This document shows, piece after piece, positions 59,805-64,000 of a stretch of 64,000 bases of DNA (the first letter of the stretch is position 1; each line of letters opens with the position of its first letter). The notes under the pieces were generated by a model. That model searched no databases. It saw only the letters and a list, made by a program, of their open reading frames with translations, and was not told where the DNA came from. The DNA comes from Guillardia theta CCMP2712 (Eukaryota; Protista; Cryptophyta): positions 62,001-126,000 of the forward strand of contig NW_005434635.1 of NCBI RefSeq assembly GCF_000315625.1, written 5' to 3'. Made by a program: the position numbers and the translations under genes.

Positions 59805-61595
59805 TTAAAGATCCTTCTTTTCAGCCAGCAAGAGTCTTCGAGCCATGCGATGGAGAACTCGCCATGCTGTTTTCAGGCAGCAAAGAATCCGGATGGACCA
59901 CGTCCCGGCTCCAAGAGTCGACAACAGGATGGATTCTATCTTCGCCCTACGGATACCACTCCACCTGCCAAGTGAGTTAGCAGACATTGAAGTACTCAAG
60001 AATGAATCAAACCGTCGCGTGCTTTCTGCCGCCTTACCCTCTGGATGCTCGTACATGGATTGGTATGGTTCTGCAGGAAATCAATTGTGAGAAAAGCACT
60101 TGAAAGCGAATTCGGAGAAGACAGCGTTCGAGATCGACTTACCTTCAATTCTGTTCGTACAGACTGTCAATGCGGGAGCCTTCTGCACACCGCCAGCTGT
60201 AGGAGGGACTTCGACCGGAGATACCCTTCGATTCATAAGTGCATCGGTTTCAATCTGGAGAGTGCCCCCATATCTGGTTTCTATCTCGTTCACCTCAAAG
60301 AATCTTGGGAGCTCCTTCTCGATCTCATGGTTGCGCAGGAAAATCAATTTCGACTTGGTCTCCTCGCTCAGCAACGGCTTCCCGAATTCAAACAACTGCT
60401 TCGTCACCCAGTTCACAGGGAAAACAAAACAGCGAATCAAGTTCTCAGGATAGTTTTGTTGCAGTGTTCCCACGAATTCCAAGAAACAGAGGTTCTCAAA
60501 CGTCGAAAGGCTTGTCCCAGTGCAATCGAAGAGAAAGTTGATCCCATCAGCGTCGGGATTGACAGCCCTTGCTCTCTCGATCATACAGATGAGATATCTT
60601 GCAACCCTCTCCGGTTTCCGACCCTTAGCCTTGGCAATGTGCCAAGTACAGCTGGGTCGGTTGCACCTGTCCAGCCCGCTGACGTACAAGTCTCTGTCTG
60701 CATCAAAATCCTCCCAGTCTTCGTTTTGGATATCGTTGATACCTTCATCGTATCTCCACCGGAGGTGCTTCAACAAGCGCTCGGTTGTCTGCTGAACGTC
60801 CATCGGAGGCTTGCTGCTACGCAGCCATCGCAGGACGAAGGCTTTCCGACGAATCATCTCTTCACTTGCCCTCACATGCAGACGATGAGGCAACATGTCC
60901 ATTCCTAACAAGTTGTCCCGTACCGTCTCCCACGTTTGTGGTGCAGCGGATTCGTATTGTTCATGGCTAAGATGCATACTCGAGGAGCATTTTGATTCAC
61001 TTAGGCTAGCAGTCAGAAGCGAACCGTTCGATGCCTCAACAGGCCTTGTCGGGCTCCCTTCTTCTGGTAAACTCGTCAAGTCAAACTCCGGCTCATTCTT
61101 GAAAATATTAACTAAGTGCCCGGACAATTGTTCCGAGGATTGTCTAATGGCATCCATGGCAGTTGAGGTATTCTGTACAATAGCATCAACAATATCGTCC
61201 CGAGCCTTAGAGTTCTTCAGTTCTTCCTTTGAAGAACCATCGATGGAATGATGCTTTTCGCGCATTCCCCGAAATATATGATCTAGGAATTGATTTTGTA
61301 TTGTTGGTTGATTCAACCCACATCTGACGCAAAGAGCGTCGTCCCAATATGGAAGACATTTTGCATATCCACCGCACTGTTCGACATTGTCGCAGGGGCA
61401 GCAGGTCTTTCCACAACTGAAGCATCTGAAGGAATTCTTTCGCAGCAGCCTTCGCTCCTGAAAGAGGTGCATGGAATATCGATGGCACCAAGAGCACACC
61501 GCCTCGCTCAGAATCTCAACTTGTTCATCAGCTTGGGCGGGGTTGATCTCCATTGTTTTGTCTTCGTGAGCAAACTCCATCCCTCTCCCCTCCAT
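59805..61595 (-). CDS. CRAL-TRIO (Sec14-like) lipid-binding protein with N-terminal Cys-rich putative Zn module
   Basis: FVLRWLRS, LYVSGLDRCNRP, INFLFDCTG, LQQNYPENLIRCF, KPLLSEETKSKLIF, YGGT; start taken at MEGRGM (61595); last exon 59805-60070 tentative. Confidence 0.82.
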
Positions 61596-62074
61596 GCTCC
61601 CTATCTCTTCTCCAACGAGCATTCCCATTCCCTGACGACTGCTAGCCCACCCCTTTACCGCTACCCACCCCACCCTGCACCCCACCCTCTTCAATTCTGA
61701 CCGCCCCCTTGTCACCGTCCCATTACATATCAGAGTACCCCTACTTTTCCTTACACAACAGCAGACTACCCCTCCCATCCACGGTCCAAACTCCGAGGCT
61801 GTGAGGCATGTTCCGCATGACACCGACCTCTTCCACTACCCCTCACCCCCAGTTTCCCCTTCTACTACCCCTCTATCCCGTCCCCCCCAGAGACTCGCTA
61901 CACCTTCAACCCATTCCTCATAGACTCAAAAGTACCCCTCGAGACAGCCATATATTCGCCACCGCTGTCAATTTCGAAGCATGGGACTAAACTTTCTTGT
62001 TCAAATTTAAACATTCAGAAGTAAACTTCTGAGACTCATAAAAACAACTACACCCGGTGGTGCTCTCCCCTAGA

Positions 62075-62288
62075 CTTTACTCAAAGTTAAGTTAAAAATC
62101 CGATGATTCACCGACAGCGGCCGCGCCGGGCCCGGGCCGCGCCCGGGCCGGCCCGGGCCGCGCCCGGTGCTGAGGGCCGATCACTACGGGCGGCGGCGGA
62201 GGCGGCGGCGGGCCGCACACCGTGCCGTACCGTACGGTGGTACGGTACGGTACTCTATACTGGATCTTTAACTTAACTTTGAGTAAAG
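62075..62288. mobile_element. MITE-like element or paired inverted regulatory motif: 27-bp terminal inverted repeats around a GC-rich palindromic core
   Basis: CTTTACTCAAAGTTAAGTTAAAAATCC (62075-62101) versus reverse complement of 62262-62288, 1 mismatch; flanking GA/GA is only a weak possible TSD. Confidence 0.5.
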
Positions 62289-62715
62289 GACGGTATCAGT
62301 GGTTCGCCGTTGCACCGGGCCGCGGTTGCCAGAGTGGCGCGGCTTGGTCCGACCGGATCGGACTCAGTCGAACCGCCGGGGGGCCCGGGGAGCCTGAGTC
62401 TCGCTCCGGGATCAAAGTTCTCAGCCTGGCCCGGCTGACCCGGCCTCACTGACAAACCGACTGCCTCGTGTGACAGGCTGAGTGAGTGGTGACCGCGGCC
62501 GGGGTGGCACTGCACTAGCACTAGGGCCGCCTCTTTACTCAAAGGGCCACTCCGAGTGGCTCGGACCGTGAACCGCAGGGCCCACTGAGAGTCACTGAGG
62601 CGGCGGCACGGCGCCGGGCGCCGCGGCCGCGGGGGCGGCACGGCGTCTGGAAATTTCGTCTGGTATCACCCCCTGCTTCTCCTCAAATGGTGTAATGGTG
62701 GGTGGGGTGGGGTAA

Positions 62716-63423
62716 TCATACCTGATGGTTACAGGCTAAAACTATTCTTTTAGAGAAACCATACAGTACCCCATGTTTTCTCATTTGAATGTAGGGTAAG
62801 GCAAATGTCAGCATGGATGCGAGTAACATCATCCGTGCAGGTGCTGACATTCGATGTGACAACACGGATCTGTCACGAATCGACGCGCTCCACTCGTCGC
62901 AAGGTACTGGAAATTTTATGTCAGCAGCTATACGACATGACGGAGGCTGACTCCGGTACGCGCGGCAGGTCATGGGAAATCATCTCGTGTCGAATTGAGA
63001 GATCTCTTTAATTATTTACAATTCATCACATATTTTGAAAGCAAAGGAGAGATATGTTTGAAAATTTGGAAAGATCTGGTTGTACCAGCTTGTGGATTGC
63101 TGGTACCGTCCGCCTCCTTCCTTTTCACAGTCTAATTCTTTGATTCATATTTGAACTTTCTGATTCAATTTTCAATTATTGTACAAGAAAATTTGAACCA
63201 TGTGTTTCGTCATGCCTGGCTTTACCCTTGCACCTGCGCGGAAATAACAACGGTTCAAAGACACTTCCTGAAAGGAAGCGATGTCTATCCATAAAGCACT
63301 TTTTCGATGTGCCTGCCGACTTCGGCATGCTTTCTCGATGATTCTGTCCGCTTCAAGCAAAAAATCAAAAAGTCGAAACAATGCATTAGCGGATCGATTC
63401 AGCTTTCATTCCATTGAAACCAT
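62716..63423 (-). CDS. Possible small spliced hypothetical protein
   Basis: Short minus-strand open segments separated by an AT-rich intron-like stretch; no domain recognised. Confidence 0.2.
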
Positions 63424-64000
63424 CAAGGAACCGTCGCTATGTAGGGTGGGAGTAACGTGATGCCGGCTAAATGATTGTTGCTTGTCCACGTACCCCTCAC
63501 GGACCGCCTGGACACATGACTCCGTGCCGGCCTGTAAGGGAGTGGGCGGGCAGGGGGGCGGGTGGGGAGGGAGGGTGGAAGTTCCTCTAGGGTGCACAAA
63601 GTAGAGGGTGGGTCATGAGAATTGAAGGGGTGGGGGGTTTACAGTCGCTTGTTGAACAGCTTGATTCGCACGATGAACGGTCGATACAGGTAGGTAGGGG
63701 TACAAGGATACATATCATGGCTTATCATATGAACCATAGGTTCTGCATTTACATAGTCTTGTATCAATATATTTCACACTTCTTATAAGCTTATCCCGTA
63801 TGTTTCTGGGGGGTGCAGAGTTCAACAAAAAGAGTGGGTAGGGTAGGAACAAGTCGGACAGATATGTAGGAATCGTCGCAACGGAGAATAATGTAGGGGT
63901 GGGTACTACGGACTCAGGTAGGGTGGGTGCTATGTGGGCGGGGGTGGAGGGCATGTGCAGTTTTAATCTCCCCGTCGTTCGTATCCGTACATCCAGCTTC

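Noticed and set aside
61596-61823. N-terminal 76 codons of the 580-aa ORF
   Set aside because: Translate a G-run-rich upstream tract with atypical composition; probably non-coding

Overview
Eukaryotic, gene-dense nuclear DNA with short GT-AG introns, GGA/CCT microsatellite-filled introns, three 100-N gaps and a bipartite (signal + SA|F transit) plastid leader. This points to an alga with a red secondary plastid, most likely a cryptophyte such as Guillardia theta (inference). Recognisable genes: plastid-targeted beta-carbonic anhydrase-like protein, EF-hand type-I membrane protein, two near-identical RWP-RK genes, a TALE homeobox gene, a ~17 kb giant secreted Ig-like/EAR-repeat protein, multidomain acetyl-CoA carboxylase, YcfD/RoxA-like JmjC hydroxylase, PITHD1, GT4 glycosyltransferase, QDPR, SAM + prolyl-4-hydroxylase and a Cys-rich CRAL-TRIO protein. 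The most striking structure is 8810-12570: a PBC/BELL-like TALE homeobox gene enclosed by ~580-bp, ~98% identical inverted repeats that each are a small RWP-RK gene, with a 9x16-bp minisatellite in the shared TALE/RWP-RK promoter. It is a candidate sex/life-cycle regulatory cassette that could invert by recombination. Other points of interest are a Cys-to-Ser change at a Zn ligand of the beta-CA, nested passenger domains in the giant protein, an AMPK-consensus site at the ACC N-terminus and recurrent intergenic motifs. All exon models were read by eye and no database search was run.
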